From positions 1 through 64,000 of IMG/VR virus record IMGVR_UViG_3300042460_000692: 64,000 bases of DNA; one strand, given 5' to 3'. The notes beneath the pieces were generated by a model. It was not told where the DNA came from and made no database searches. It worked only from the letters and a program-made list of their open reading frames with translations. Each line of letters begins with the position of its first letter. The first letter of the stretch is position 1. Shown here piece by piece: positions 49,302 through 59,323 of the stretch. The DNA comes from an uncultured virus (IMG/VR IMGVR_UViG_3300042460_000692). Its lineage: Duplodnaviria > Heunggongvirae > Uroviricota > Caudoviricetes. The position numbers and the translations under genes are program-made.

Positions 49302-52300
49302 CAAAATTAGTCAGAGTGAAAATATTTTAGTAAAAGTTGATGTTAATAACTTAGTTTTTGTTGATCCCAATAGTGTGCAAAATGGTGACCAAGTAGAACC
49401 AAGAGGAATAAAACAAGAAAATTTAGTAATGTTTGTCAATCTTGAGGCAGATTTAATACCACGAAGCGTATTAACAGCATCTGGCGATAGTACATCGAAA
49501 GGAACATTATCGTCCATAGCTAAAGGAACCTTAAGTTTTACACAAAATAAAGGTAAAAATGGTAAAGATTTTGATACCGCGTGGACAGAAGAGTTTGTAA
49601 ATGTAAAAGATGGAGTAGACAATGACGGAAATAAATATAACTACCAAAACGACTCAACTGCACAATCTTTTGGTATTGACAGTATTAACATTAATATTAA
49701 GGGTGCTAACTTTATACCACAAGTTAACATTAACTTTATTGACGTTAGAGGTAAAACTCTGTTTGAATCACCCCAAAATTCACCATATGGTGCGTTCTTT
49801 CATTTACCTTGGCCGATCTTTTATTTAACAATAAAAGGGTATTATGGTAAAGCAATTAAATATAGATTACATTTAACTAAGTTCAGTTCAAAATACAATG
49901 AATCAAATGGTAATTTTGAAATTGCCACAACATTTGTTGGGTCAACTTATGCGTTTTTAAATGACATACCACTTGATGGTATATTAAACGCACCATACAT
50001 GTATATGGTTGAATCGGATCCCGATTTACCAGCAAAATTCAACGAGAAAAAAGGAACAAAAGAAAAACAGATTAAAAAATCTTCAAAAGGTTATGTAATG
50101 TTAAAATCTGTTTATGATGAATATAAACAAAAAGGTTTAATTGATAAGAACTTTCCAACAAAAACGTTAAGAGAAGTAATCGTTATTGCTAGAAGTTTAG
50201 ATAAAATATTAGAAAAAGAAATATTCGGTGGATTGGTTGATATGAAACTATTCGTCGGTGTTAAAGATTTTGAAAAAAAATTAACAGAATTTGAATCGGC
50301 AGTTAAAAATTGGAGTAAAAGATTTGTAAGTGCCGAAACTGTGGAAGTAGATGGTGCCATTTATAATAGAATGGTGGATAGAACTATAACAGATATAAAA
50401 ATAAAAGGAAGTACTGTTAATGGTACATTAGAAAGTATTATAACAAATTATCCTTTAGATTTAAAACAGACTAAAATATTTACAGAAACGTTTTTAAAAC
50501 AATCTGCAAATGATTTTAAGAAAGAAACATTTAGTTATTCAAACAAAATAAAACCGATTGACTCTTATGTAAAATTAATAGCTAGCGGTTATGTGGTCTC
50601 TGTTCAAGGTGTTTTAAAAGACATCTATGATATGCAACAATTATTCGTTCAACAAAGAAATAAATTACAAGACCTTGTTGAAAGAAAAATGAATGAAATC
50701 GTTAAAGATAAAGATAAAGGAATTGGATTTGACCCAACAATACGTAATATATTTGCGGTAATTTTAGCAAATGCCGAAGTTTATATTAGGTTACTAAAAG
50801 AAGTACATAGTAAATCATTTGAGGTTTCCACAATAAGAAGACAAATATTAAAAGGGTTTAGTGATGAGTCAAAAGGTAATGATTCAATTTATCCTTGGCC
50901 TGAAGTAAAGAAACAAAGTTCAAACAAACAAAAAGTAATTGCATATCCTGGAGATCCTGAGTTACAACAAAAATTAAGGTCATACGATAAGTTTCTGTGG
51001 CCTGAAATTGATTTTTTAGAAAACTATCAAGCTGTAGGCACAAAAAGACAAGACTCATTAACAGGTAACGAAGGTTCTGCAAGTAAAATTGATTTCGTAT
51101 TTGATAATTCAAATACAGATGGTGATTTACACAAAATAGCGACATTGTTTCAATTAGCAATTGGTACACCATATATTAACAAGTCAATATCTTCTATAAT
51201 ATATGAAATACATGAGAGAGGTAGATATGCAACATTATCCGACGATTTCTCATTAAACACAATTAATGAATTAGCGGATAGAGAATTTGATAATATACAA
51301 AAAATGTTTGGTGAAGACCCTGATGTTGTTGGAATGTTAAAAACAATGACAAACATTACAACACTAACAGAAAATTTATTATCGTTTTCACCATTTGATA
51401 GGTATCCCTATTTTGAAGATAAGTTACCAACAACACCTTATTTAAAAACAATTGAAAATACTCCATTCTCAATTGAAACAAGTTATAGTGGTAATAAGAA
51501 TTTTGAAGATACTGGTGTTTTTAATAAATTAAAAGAAAATTTAAATGATTTCACATATGAGTCTGAAACTTATAGATTAAACATATATCCATTTAATTCG
51601 GATAGCTATTTAAACTATTTGGGTGAAGAATCATTTAGTTTAGCAGATTTAAATTTAAAACAAATATTTCAAGTTAATACCAAAGAAGGATTAATATCTG
51701 CACCTGCACTACCAACATATTGGACAGATAAATACTCTAACTTATTCGATGAAAAAATAAAAATTGGACCGAGTAGTTCCGCGAGTATTTTAAACACACC
51801 ATATTTTCATAAACAATTAGAATCTGATTTCGGTAAGCAATCATATGGAAAGTATGCAGGTTCCGCATATCTTTTATTGAACTCATTACCATTTATTGAT
51901 TTAGAAGATGAATTCTTTGGTAAAACAAGGTTATCTACGGTTTTTAGAGAGATAAGTGCATCACATTATGTACCCTATCATTTAATAATCAAATGGGGGT
52001 CAATTTATCATAGATATAAAAAGAAAATATTAGAAAATAAAGATATATTATCTGGATTTTTAAGTGGAACAACCACAACAGCAATTAGTGGAAAAACATT
52101 CTTTGATGATGGTAACAATTTAACATTTAATATTGGACAAAACGTAAATTATACATCACAAAATGTAATCGGTTTACATCCATTATATGATTCTGTATTT
52201 CATCAAATTGTAAATGGGTATTCACATTTCTTATTTTCAACTGGTGACACCATATCATTTGATACTGCATTTACTAATAAGACCATCAATGTAGTACAAG

Positions 52301-55065
52301 AACCTATTGGTGATAATGGTTTGTATTTCACAAGTTTTATTGACAACTCAAAAATAGTATCTTCAGACAAATATTTTACATTATTACCTTCAGTTGGGGG
52401 GTCTAAGAATGGTTTTACTAATGGACTTACCGCTAGTGGTAACGAACAGAAAAATTTTAAAATTTTATGGTGTTATGATAATGAATCAGTAACGGATTAT
52501 TATGACGGTAAAGAATTCTTTGATTATGATGAATATAATAAATCATATGATGTTGGAACTTTGTTTTTTAATATGGTCGATTATTCTGGTCCATTTTTCA
52601 CCGATTTAAACAAAGATGAAGATGCAAAGTATTCATTAGTAACATCTGAAAAAAGAAAGATATACGATTTAATTGCAACATTTAGTCCTCAAATTTTAGA
52701 TAAATTTGAAGAATATTTTTTAGATTTTGCAACAGAAAAATTAGAAGAAGAAATACCATATAAAGTATTTCCAGACTATAACGTAACAGGAATTGTTAGC
52801 GGTGAAACTAAAACAATTGAAAGTCATTCTGTAAAATATGATAAATTTCAAGATTTATTAAAGGCTTTAGTTACCATAGATAAAGACGATAATAATGACA
52901 ACACAGATGTTAATGCAATTATAACAACATTAAAAGAAAAACAATTAAAAAAATTAGAATCAATAACTCAACAAATATTAGGAACTGATAATTTATTAAA
53001 AGTAACGATTGGTAACCCAAAAGAAATTGTACCAAATGTATGGAATGGTTTTGCTCAAATAGATGACGTAAATAGGTTTTCATATAATGAGTACAATTCA
53101 TCACAATATAGTTCTAATAAAATGTATATTGATTTATATGTGGGAGGAGAACCATCAACAGATTGTTATAAAAATTTCTTCGTAACTAATAATGTAGAAT
53201 TAAGTGAAGAAAATGTATTAATATTTAGACCATTGATTCTAATATTTGCTGGATGGGTCGAAAGTAAAGGATTAGCATACACCCCAACAAAGGCAGATTT
53301 CCAAGATTATATAAAAACAAAAATATTGAGAGGACCTGAATTAAGACTTGGACAATATTTTACACAATTATTACCTAAGTTATCAACTTTAACAGTTAAA
53401 GATAGTAAAAATGAGGTTACGATTGTAAATGGATATAATGACATTCCATTAAAATTAGAATTATATAATTACTTTAAATCGTTTAATGATAAATGGGTTG
53501 CAGGAAATTCATTAGGACAAAGGACTTTAATGGAAGAATTTTTATTCTTAGATAAAGCAAATAAAGACATAGGAGACCAAGCGTACCTTTCACTTGAAAA
53601 ATTATTACCATTAGAAGATACAAAAAATAGTAAGGCGAATCTTTATAGTGTAATATCAATGTTAATACAAGGAACGGGATTTGATATGAGGGGATTACCA
53701 GCATACGTTAATTTCTACGGAACAAACAACTCAACTAAATCTAGAATAACACCATCTAAGAAAATTGCTGAAAATTTATTTGGAACATTTTTAGATGTGG
53801 ACTATCAAGATTCTTCACCTAAAATTCTTATTCAATATACGGGACCAACATCTAAACATCTAGAGTTGGCTGACATTAACGAAAAATATAAATTTAAAAA
53901 CGATAGTGGTAACTTATTTAGTGGAGTAGGTAGTCCATTAGTTATAACAACACCACAGGTGTTTAGTCAAGGAGATTATGCAAAATCTAATAAAGTGGTT
54001 GCGTTTGAAGTAAGTGTTGGTGACCAAAACCAAGGTATTTTTAAGAGTGTACAACTTGACCAATCATCAATAAGGAACACCACAGAATCATTTAATGTTA
54101 TTGAAAATTTGGGTCGTTCTGAAAGTGGTGCGGCTGCAAATCAAATAGACATAAGTTTATTTGACATATACAGACAGGCATCATATACTTGTGACGTAAC
54201 ATGTATGGGTAATGTTATGATTCAACCAACAATGTATTTTTATTTAAAAAATGTGCCTATGTTTAGGGGGTCATATTGGATAACTGAAGTTTCACATAGT
54301 ATTAGGAATAATAATATAATAACCACATTTAAAGGTACAAGAATTCCTTATGCATCATTACCTGACCCTAAGGATTCATTCCTATCAAGTTATAGGGTTT
54401 TATTTGACAAGATAACTAGAGCGGCAATTGCTAAAACTAAAGAACAAGAAAATTCCACAACAACAGGGTCAACAAAGAATGAACAAACACACACAACAAG
54501 TGATGGTAAAACATTCTTATCAGATATGGGAGATAGTAAACAAGCTATTAACGGAGAAAAAATATTATTAGAACAAGGGGTTACACAATATGGTGTACCA
54601 TATAATGGATATAACGAAGAAAAGTACATTCAAAAAGTTAGTTTCAATGGAAAAGATTATTTAAGGGCTCAAGTTATTACTATGGGTGGACCAAATTATG
54701 AGATAAAAGAAACAATATCTATGAATATTATTTCGAGACAAACGGAACATACAATAGAACCCAACCCAATTACTTGGAAAGATTTATCAAGTTCAACAAG
54801 ATACTTCTATTCGACAAAATTTGATTTTGATGTAGCTAAACCAAATTTAATTATCAAAGGAACCACTAAGTTTTATAACCCAAAGGATGTAAAAACCCCA
54901 ATAACCGTACCACCAGTTGGTTCGGGACAAATTAACGTTAATAACATAACAGGACCAATTAATGCAGGACCAACAGGGGTTAAATCTGGATTGGCACTAT
55001 CTAAACAATTAATGAAAGATTTAAAAGTACAAGATGGGGATGTTGTATATTTTGAAATCATTTAA
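49291..55065 (+). CDS. Very large baseplate hub-like protein
   Basis: 1924 aa; C-terminal CMGNVMIQPTMYFYL....F.GSYWITEVSHSI.....T.F.G motif typical of hub (gp27/VgrG-like) proteins. Confidence 0.6.
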   Translation: MGNNKISQSENILVKVDVNNLVFVDPNSVQNGDQVEPRGIKQENLVMFVNLEADLIPRSVLTASGDSTSKGTLSSIAKGTLSFTQNKGKNGKDFDTAWTEEFVNVKDGVDNDGNKYNYQNDSTAQSFGIDSININIKGANFIPQVNINFIDVRGKTLFESPQNSPYGAFFHLPWPIFYLTIKGYYGKAIKYRLHLTKFSSKYNESNGNFEIATTFVGSTYAFLNDIPLDGILNAPYMYMVESDPDLPAKFNEKKGTKEKQIKKSSKGYVMLKSVYDEYKQKGLIDKNFPTKTLREVIVIARSLDKILEKEIFGGLVDMKLFVGVKDFEKKLTEFESAVKNWSKRFVSAETVEVDGAIYNRMVDRTITDIKIKGSTVNGTLESIITNYPLDLKQTKIFTETFLKQSANDFKKETFSYSNKIKPIDSYVKLIASGYVVSVQGVLKDIYDMQQLFVQQRNKLQDLVERKMNEIVKDKDKGIGFDPTIRNIFAVILANAEVYIRLLKEVHSKSFEVSTIRRQILKGFSDESKGNDSIYPWPEVKKQSSNKQKVIAYPGDPELQQKLRSYDKFLWPEIDFLENYQAVGTKRQDSLTGNEGSASKIDFVFDNSNTDGDLHKIATLFQLAIGTPYINKSISSIIYEIHERGRYATLSDDFSLNTINELADREFDNIQKMFGEDPDVVGMLKTMTNITTLTENLLSFSPFDRYPYFEDKLPTTPYLKTIENTPFSIETSYSGNKNFEDTGVFNKLKENLNDFTYESETYRLNIYPFNSDSYLNYLGEESFSLADLNLKQIFQVNTKEGLISAPALPTYWTDKYSNLFDEKIKIGPSSSASILNTPYFHKQLESDFGKQSYGKYAGSAYLLLNSLPFIDLEDEFFGKTRLSTVFREISASHYVPYHLIIKWGSIYHRYKKKILENKDILSGFLSGTTTTAISGKTFFDDGNNLTFNIGQNVNYTSQNVIGLHPLYDSVFHQIVNGYSHFLFSTGDTISFDTAFTNKTINVVQEPIGDNGLYFTSFIDNSKIVSSDKYFTLLPSVGGSKNGFTNGLTASGNEQKNFKILWCYDNESVTDYYDGKEFFDYDEYNKSYDVGTLFFNMVDYSGPFFTDLNKDEDAKYSLVTSEKRKIYDLIATFSPQILDKFEEYFLDFATEKLEEEIPYKVFPDYNVTGIVSGETKTIESHSVKYDKFQDLLKALVTIDKDDNNDNTDVNAIITTLKEKQLKKLESITQQILGTDNLLKVTIGNPKEIVPNVWNGFAQIDDVNRFSYNEYNSSQYSSNKMYIDLYVGGEPSTDCYKNFFVTNNVELSEENVLIFRPLILIFAGWVESKGLAYTPTKADFQDYIKTKILRGPELRLGQYFTQLLPKLSTLTVKDSKNEVTIVNGYNDIPLKLELYNYFKSFNDKWVAGNSLGQRTLMEEFLFLDKANKDIGDQAYLSLEKLLPLEDTKNSKANLYSVISMLIQGTGFDMRGLPAYVNFYGTNNSTKSRITPSKKIAENLFGTFLDVDYQDSSPKILIQYTGPTSKHLELADINEKYKFKNDSGNLFSGVGSPLVITTPQVFSQGDYAKSNKVVAFEVSVGDQNQGIFKSVQLDQSSIRNTTESFNVIENLGRSESGAAANQIDISLFDIYRQASYTCDVTCMGNVMIQPTMYFYLKNVPMFRGSYWITEVSHSIRNNNIITTFKGTRIPYASLPDPKDSFLSSYRVLFDKITRAAIAKTKEQENSTTTGSTKNEQTHTTSDGKTFLSDMGDSKQAINGEKILLEQGVTQYGVPYNGYNEEKYIQKVSFNGKDYLRAQVITMGGPNYEIKETISMNIISRQTEHTIEPNPITWKDLSSSTRYFYSTKFDFDVAKPNLIIKGTTKFYNPKDVKTPITVPPVGSGQINVNNITGPINAGPTGVKSGLALSKQLMKDLKVQDGDVVYFEII

Positions 55066-55109
55066 GAATATTAACAAATTTGGGATATTTATACATATAA
55101 CAGAAAATT

Positions 55110-55313
55110 ATGGAAAATAATAAATTAAACAACACCATGGATCAGTTCTTAAGTCCTAAACAGACTAAAAGAACATCAAATGATGAAATGGAAAGAGAAG
55201 AGTGTGATATGGTAACGGGAGAATGTTACACAATCAGAGAAAAAGACGGAATTGTTGAAAGAATAAATAAAAAATACGTTACAAACGACGGTAGACAATT
55301 ATTACAAGATTAA
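55110..55313 (+). CDS. Hypothetical protein
   Basis: 67 aa; late box at 55086-55093. Confidence 0.7.
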   Translation: MENNKLNNTMDQFLSPKQTKRTSNDEMEREECDMVTGECYTIREKDGIVERINKKYVTNDGRQLLQD

Positions 55314-55316
55314 GCC

Positions 55317-55952
55317 ATGTTAGAGAAAAAACTACAAGAAGAATTAAATCGTTATAAAGCCATAAATAAATATGGTAAGACGATGATAATGGAACAAGAC
55401 GCACCTCCTGCCGATCCAGCATTGGACCCAGCTTTAGGAGCACCTGCAGATATGGCACCAGATCCAAACGCATTACCTACTGCTGACGCACCACCTATGG
55501 ACGCAGCACCCGCTCCTGAAATGGACAATACAGAAGAAGTAGATATTACCGATTTGGTTAACATGGTTAAAAGTGTTAAGAAAGACCAAGAAGATAGTAC
55601 GGGATCAAACAACGAGGTGATAACTAAGATGGACGACGTGTTTACAAAGCTAACTGATTTAGAACAAAAATTAGCTCAAATGGACCAAGTAATGAGTAAG
55701 ATTGACCAATTAGGTGCAACCGTTGAGGCCAACAAACCAAAAACTGAAGTTGAAAGACTTGAAATGCGTTCTTTGGATTCATATCCATTTAATGAGAAAC
55801 CACAAGAATTCTTCGCACACAAACAAGGTGAGATGAGAGCAAGTGGTAAGAATGAATACATTTTAACCAAAGACGAGGTTGAAAATTATCCAGTTGAAAA
55901 TATAAAAACATCATTTAACCCAAGCGAAGAGGAAGATGAATATAAGTTCTAA
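55317..55952 (+). CDS. Hypothetical protein with Pro/Ala/Asp linker and coiled coil (putative head protein)
   Basis: Leader KLQEELNRYKAI...IMEQ; low-complexity linker. Confidence 0.7.
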   Translation: MLEKKLQEELNRYKAINKYGKTMIMEQDAPPADPALDPALGAPADMAPDPNALPTADAPPMDAAPAPEMDNTEEVDITDLVNMVKSVKKDQEDSTGSNNEVITKMDDVFTKLTDLEQKLAQMDQVMSKIDQLGATVEANKPKTEVERLEMRSLDSYPFNEKPQEFFAHKQGEMRASGKNEYILTKDEVENYPVENIKTSFNPSEEEDEYKF

Positions 55953-56307
55953 TGTAAACTTTTTTTTAGGTTTACAAAATCAAATGAAAATATGTCATTG
56001 GCAAACCAAAGGTATTGCAAGACATGAGGCATTTGGTAATTTCTACGACGACTTAACTCCATTAATTGACAAGTATATTGAACAGGCAATGGGTAAGTAT
56101 GGTAGATTTGTTTTGGATGAAGAAACAAAAACTATAGAATTATCAAATTTATCTGAAATAGATATTAAAGGTTTAGTTAATACGACTAGAGAGGCGTTGG
56201 TACAATTTACAGAACAACTTGACCCTTCAGACACCGATTTATTAAACCTAAGAGATGAATTTTTAGGATTGGTAAACAAATATGCGTATCTATTTACGAT
56301 GGAATAA
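55936..56307 (+). CDS. Ferritin/Dps-like four-helix-bundle protein
   Basis: HWQT....HEAFG..YD.L...D..IE ferroxidase-like pattern; LLNLRDE...K..YL. Confidence 0.65.
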   Translation: MNISSNVNFFLGLQNQMKICHWQTKGIARHEAFGNFYDDLTPLIDKYIEQAMGKYGRFVLDEETKTIELSNLSEIDIKGLVNTTREALVQFTEQLDPSDTDLLNLRDEFLGLVNKYAYLFTME

Positions 56308-56338
56308 CACAAACCCAAAAAAAATATTAAAAAACTTT

Positions 56339-56367
56339 AACCCAGATTTCCAAGTCTGGGTTTTTTT
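56339..56367 (+). terminator. Rho-independent terminator
   Basis: AACCCAGATTT-CC-AAGTCTGGGTTTTTTT. Confidence 0.8.
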
Positions 56368-56412
56368 ATGTATATTTTACTATAACAATTTAAATAATTA
56401 AAATTTAACAAC

Positions 56413-57258
56413 ATGTCAACATTTGATGCAGTACTCGCTCAGTACGAGAAAAGCAAAAACGCCACAAGTGGCACCGCAAACAAAATGTCCTCAGAGGACA
56501 GATTGAAACGTTATTTCACTACAGTATTACCTAAGGGTTCTAAGGGAGAAGAAAGACGTATTCGTATTCTACCAACAAAAGATGGTTCATCACCATTTGT
56601 TGAGGTTTACTTCCACGAAGTTCAAGTCGATGGAAAATGGGTTAAACTATATGACCCAAAACAAGAGGGAAAACGTTCCCCATTACATGAAGTTTATGAG
56701 GGTTTGATGATGACGGGTGTTGATTCTGATAAAGAATTGGCTCGTAATTATCGTTCTCGTAAGTTCTACATTGTTAAAGTTGTCGATCGCGATAACGAAC
56801 AAGACGGACCTAAATTTTGGAGATTTAAACACAATCACAAAGGTGATGGTATTTTAGATAAAATCTTCCCAATTTTCCGTAACAAAGGTGATATCACCAA
56901 TATTGAAAATGGTCGTGATTTAATCTTGTCTTTAGCCTTAACTAAGGCAGGTACAGGTAAAGAATACACAACCATCAATTCAGTTATTCCTGAAGACGCG
57001 GGTCAGTTACACACAGACGCAAACGTCGCAAAAACTTGGGTAGATAACGAATTAACTTGGTCAGATGTTTATTCTAAAAAACCTGAGGATTACTTAGAAA
57101 TGGTCGCTAAAGGTGAGGTTCCACGTTGGGATTCAAACAGCAACAAATGGGCATCCAATTCAACATCGGAAGAAGTAATTTCAACACCGAAAACCCCATC
57201 AACTCCTGTGGTTGACCCACAAGAAGATGAGGATGTAGATTCAGAATTACCATTCTAA
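56413..57258 (+). CDS. Single-stranded DNA-binding protein (T4 gp32-like)
   Basis: IRILP...PF..V.FH, YIVKVVDR and G.D..L motifs; acidic tail ending DSELPF. Confidence 0.85.
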   Translation: MSTFDAVLAQYEKSKNATSGTANKMSSEDRLKRYFTTVLPKGSKGEERRIRILPTKDGSSPFVEVYFHEVQVDGKWVKLYDPKQEGKRSPLHEVYEGLMMTGVDSDKELARNYRSRKFYIVKVVDRDNEQDGPKFWRFKHNHKGDGILDKIFPIFRNKGDITNIENGRDLILSLALTKAGTGKEYTTINSVIPEDAGQLHTDANVAKTWVDNELTWSDVYSKKPEDYLEMVAKGEVPRWDSNSNKWASNSTSEEVISTPKTPSTPVVDPQEDEDVDSELPF

Positions 57259-57267
57259 TTATTTCAC

Positions 57268-57295
57268 GGGGTGGTGAAACATCCACCCCATTTTT
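57268..57295 (+). terminator. Hairpin/terminator between ssb and recA
   Basis: GGGGTGG-N8-CCACCCC followed by ATTTTT. Confidence 0.6.
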
Positions 57296-57307
57296 AAACA
57301 CAAAACA

Positions 57308-58288
57308 ATGGCAGGTATTAAAAAAACAGATTTTTCAGCAATCAAGAAGAAATTCTCGAAAGAAGCTGAATACAAGGCTGACCGTTTCTTCGATTTAGGA
57401 GATGCTTTCTTGGACGCCACAGGGCTTCCAGGTCCAGCGATGGGACACATCAATATGTTATTAGGTCACAGTGATACAGGTAAAACAACCGCACTTGTAA
57501 AGTCAGCGGTAGATGCACAAAAGAAAGGAGTTGTTCCTGTGTTCGTTATTACAGAACAAAAATGGAGTTGGGAACACGCGGAGTTAATGGGATTTGATAA
57601 GAACGGAGATTATCTTTTCAATAGTGATTTTGAGTATATCGAACAAATTACTGAGTACATCAATGAATTATTAGATGCTCAAGAAAAGGGAGACTTACCT
57701 CACGATTTATTAATCCTTTGGGATTCTGTAGGTTCAGTCCCTTGTAAAATGACTTACGATGGTAAAGGTGGTAAACAGCACAACGCGTCGGTATTAGCTG
57801 ACAAAATTGGAATGGGTATCAACCAACGTATTTCAGGGTCAAGAAGGACAGATAAACCTTACACAAACACATTAATCATTGTTAACCAACCTTGGGTAGA
57901 ATTACCTGATAATCCTTTCGGACAACCTAAGATTAAAGCAAAAGGTGGAGAAGCGATTTGGTTAAACTCAAGTATTGTATTCTTATTTGGTAATCAAAAA
58001 GGTGCGGGTACAACTAAAATCTCCATCACAAAAGATAAGAGAAAAATTAAAATAGCAACAAGAACAAAAATTTCCATAATGAAAAATCATATCAATGGTT
58101 CAGGTTATGAAGACGGACGTATCTTAGTTACCGCCCACGGATTTATGTCAGCAAAAGAAGATTCAGAAGAGAAGAAATCAATTGAGGATTATAAAAAAGA
58201 ACAGGGTGATTACATCGGTAAGATGTTAGGTGTTAATGTTACAGACATCACAGACGTGGAAGTTGTAACAGAGGAAAGTGATTTATAA
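57308..58288 (+). CDS. uvsX: RecA/UvsX-like recombinase
   Basis: Walker A GHSDTGKTT; ILWDSVGS, IIVNQ and KGGEA motifs. Confidence 0.88.
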   Translation: MAGIKKTDFSAIKKKFSKEAEYKADRFFDLGDAFLDATGLPGPAMGHINMLLGHSDTGKTTALVKSAVDAQKKGVVPVFVITEQKWSWEHAELMGFDKNGDYLFNSDFEYIEQITEYINELLDAQEKGDLPHDLLILWDSVGSVPCKMTYDGKGGKQHNASVLADKIGMGINQRISGSRRTDKPYTNTLIIVNQPWVELPDNPFGQPKIKAKGGEAIWLNSSIVFLFGNQKGAGTTKISITKDKRKIKIATRTKISIMKNHINGSGYEDGRILVTAHGFMSAKEDSEEKKSIEDYKKEQGDYIGKMLGVNVTDITDVEVVTEESDL

Positions 58289-58300
58289 TAAATTTATTTA

Positions 58301-59323
58301 ATGTCTGTTTTATTAGTAGATGGCGACAATTTACTTACGATTGGTTTCTATGGCGTTAAAAATGCCTTTCATAATGGAGAACACATTGGGGGAATGTATC
58401 ATTTTCTTAATACTCTTAGAAGAACATTTGAGACGTACAATTTAGACAAGATAGTTGTATTTTGGGATGGATTAGAAGGGTCCCAAACTCGTAAGAAAAT
58501 TTACGCACCTTACAAAGAAAACAGAAGATCACGACTTCGTTCTGAAGAAGAAGTTAACTCTTACGGTTACCAAAGAGATAGAGTAAAACAATATCTTGAA
58601 GAGTTATTCGTAAGACAGGGAGAATATGAGTATTGTGAGACTGATGACAACATTGCATACTATACTCAGAATTCACCCAAAGAAAATAAAATAGTTTATT
58701 CTTCAGACGGAGACCTAACACAATTGGTTTCAAAAAATACACAAATCTACAATCCGTCACACGGAAAACTTTACAAACAAAACGATACAATTGTTTATAA
58801 CCACGAGGAAATCTTAATTGAAAATGTTAAATTGGTTAAGATGATGTGTGGTGACTCCTCAGACAACATTGCCGGCATAAGAGGGATGGGCGTAAAACGA
58901 TTTTTATCGGTTTTTCCCGAACTAAAAACACAACAAATTTCTGTTGAACAAGTTAAGAACAAATGTGAGGAAATCTTTCAACAAGACAAACACAACAAAC
59001 TTATTGCGAATTTACTAACAGGTGTTACCAAACATGGTGTATTAGGTGAGGAGTTTTTTGATATAAACAATCGTATCGTAAGTTTGGAAGAACCTTTTTT
59101 AACCGACGAGGCTAAAGAAAACATAGATTTACTAATAAATGAAAACTTAGATCAAGAAGGTAGGTCTTACAAAAACGCCATGAGAATGATGAGGGACGAT
59201 GGAATTTTTAATCTATTACCAAAATCAGATGATGGATTTGTTAAATTCTTAAACCCATTCCTTCGATTAACAACAAAAGAAAAAAATAAAAAAAAAATAA
59301 TTAAAATCAAAAGTTATGAGTAA
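58301..59323 (+). CDS. 5'-3' exonuclease / flap endonuclease (PolI N-terminal or T4 RNase H-like)
   Basis: LLVDGDNL, VVFWDG, YKENR, ETDD, SSDGDLTQL and GDSSDNIAGIRGMG motifs. Confidence 0.92.
   Translation: MSVLLVDGDNLLTIGFYGVKNAFHNGEHIGGMYHFLNTLRRTFETYNLDKIVVFWDGLEGSQTRKKIYAPYKENRRSRLRSEEEVNSYGYQRDRVKQYLEELFVRQGEYEYCETDDNIAYYTQNSPKENKIVYSSDGDLTQLVSKNTQIYNPSHGKLYKQNDTIVYNHEEILIENVKLVKMMCGDSSDNIAGIRGMGVKRFLSVFPELKTQQISVEQVKNKCEEIFQQDKHNKLIANLLTGVTKHGVLGEEFFDINNRIVSLEEPFLTDEAKENIDLLINENLDQEGRSYKNAMRMMRDDGIFNLLPKSDDGFVKFLNPFLRLTTKEKNKKKIIKIKSYE

Noticed and set aside
37653..55065. Bacterial extracellular contractile injection system or T6SS locus
   Set aside because: Capsid, portal, terminase and a full replication set are in the same window, so this is a phage tail
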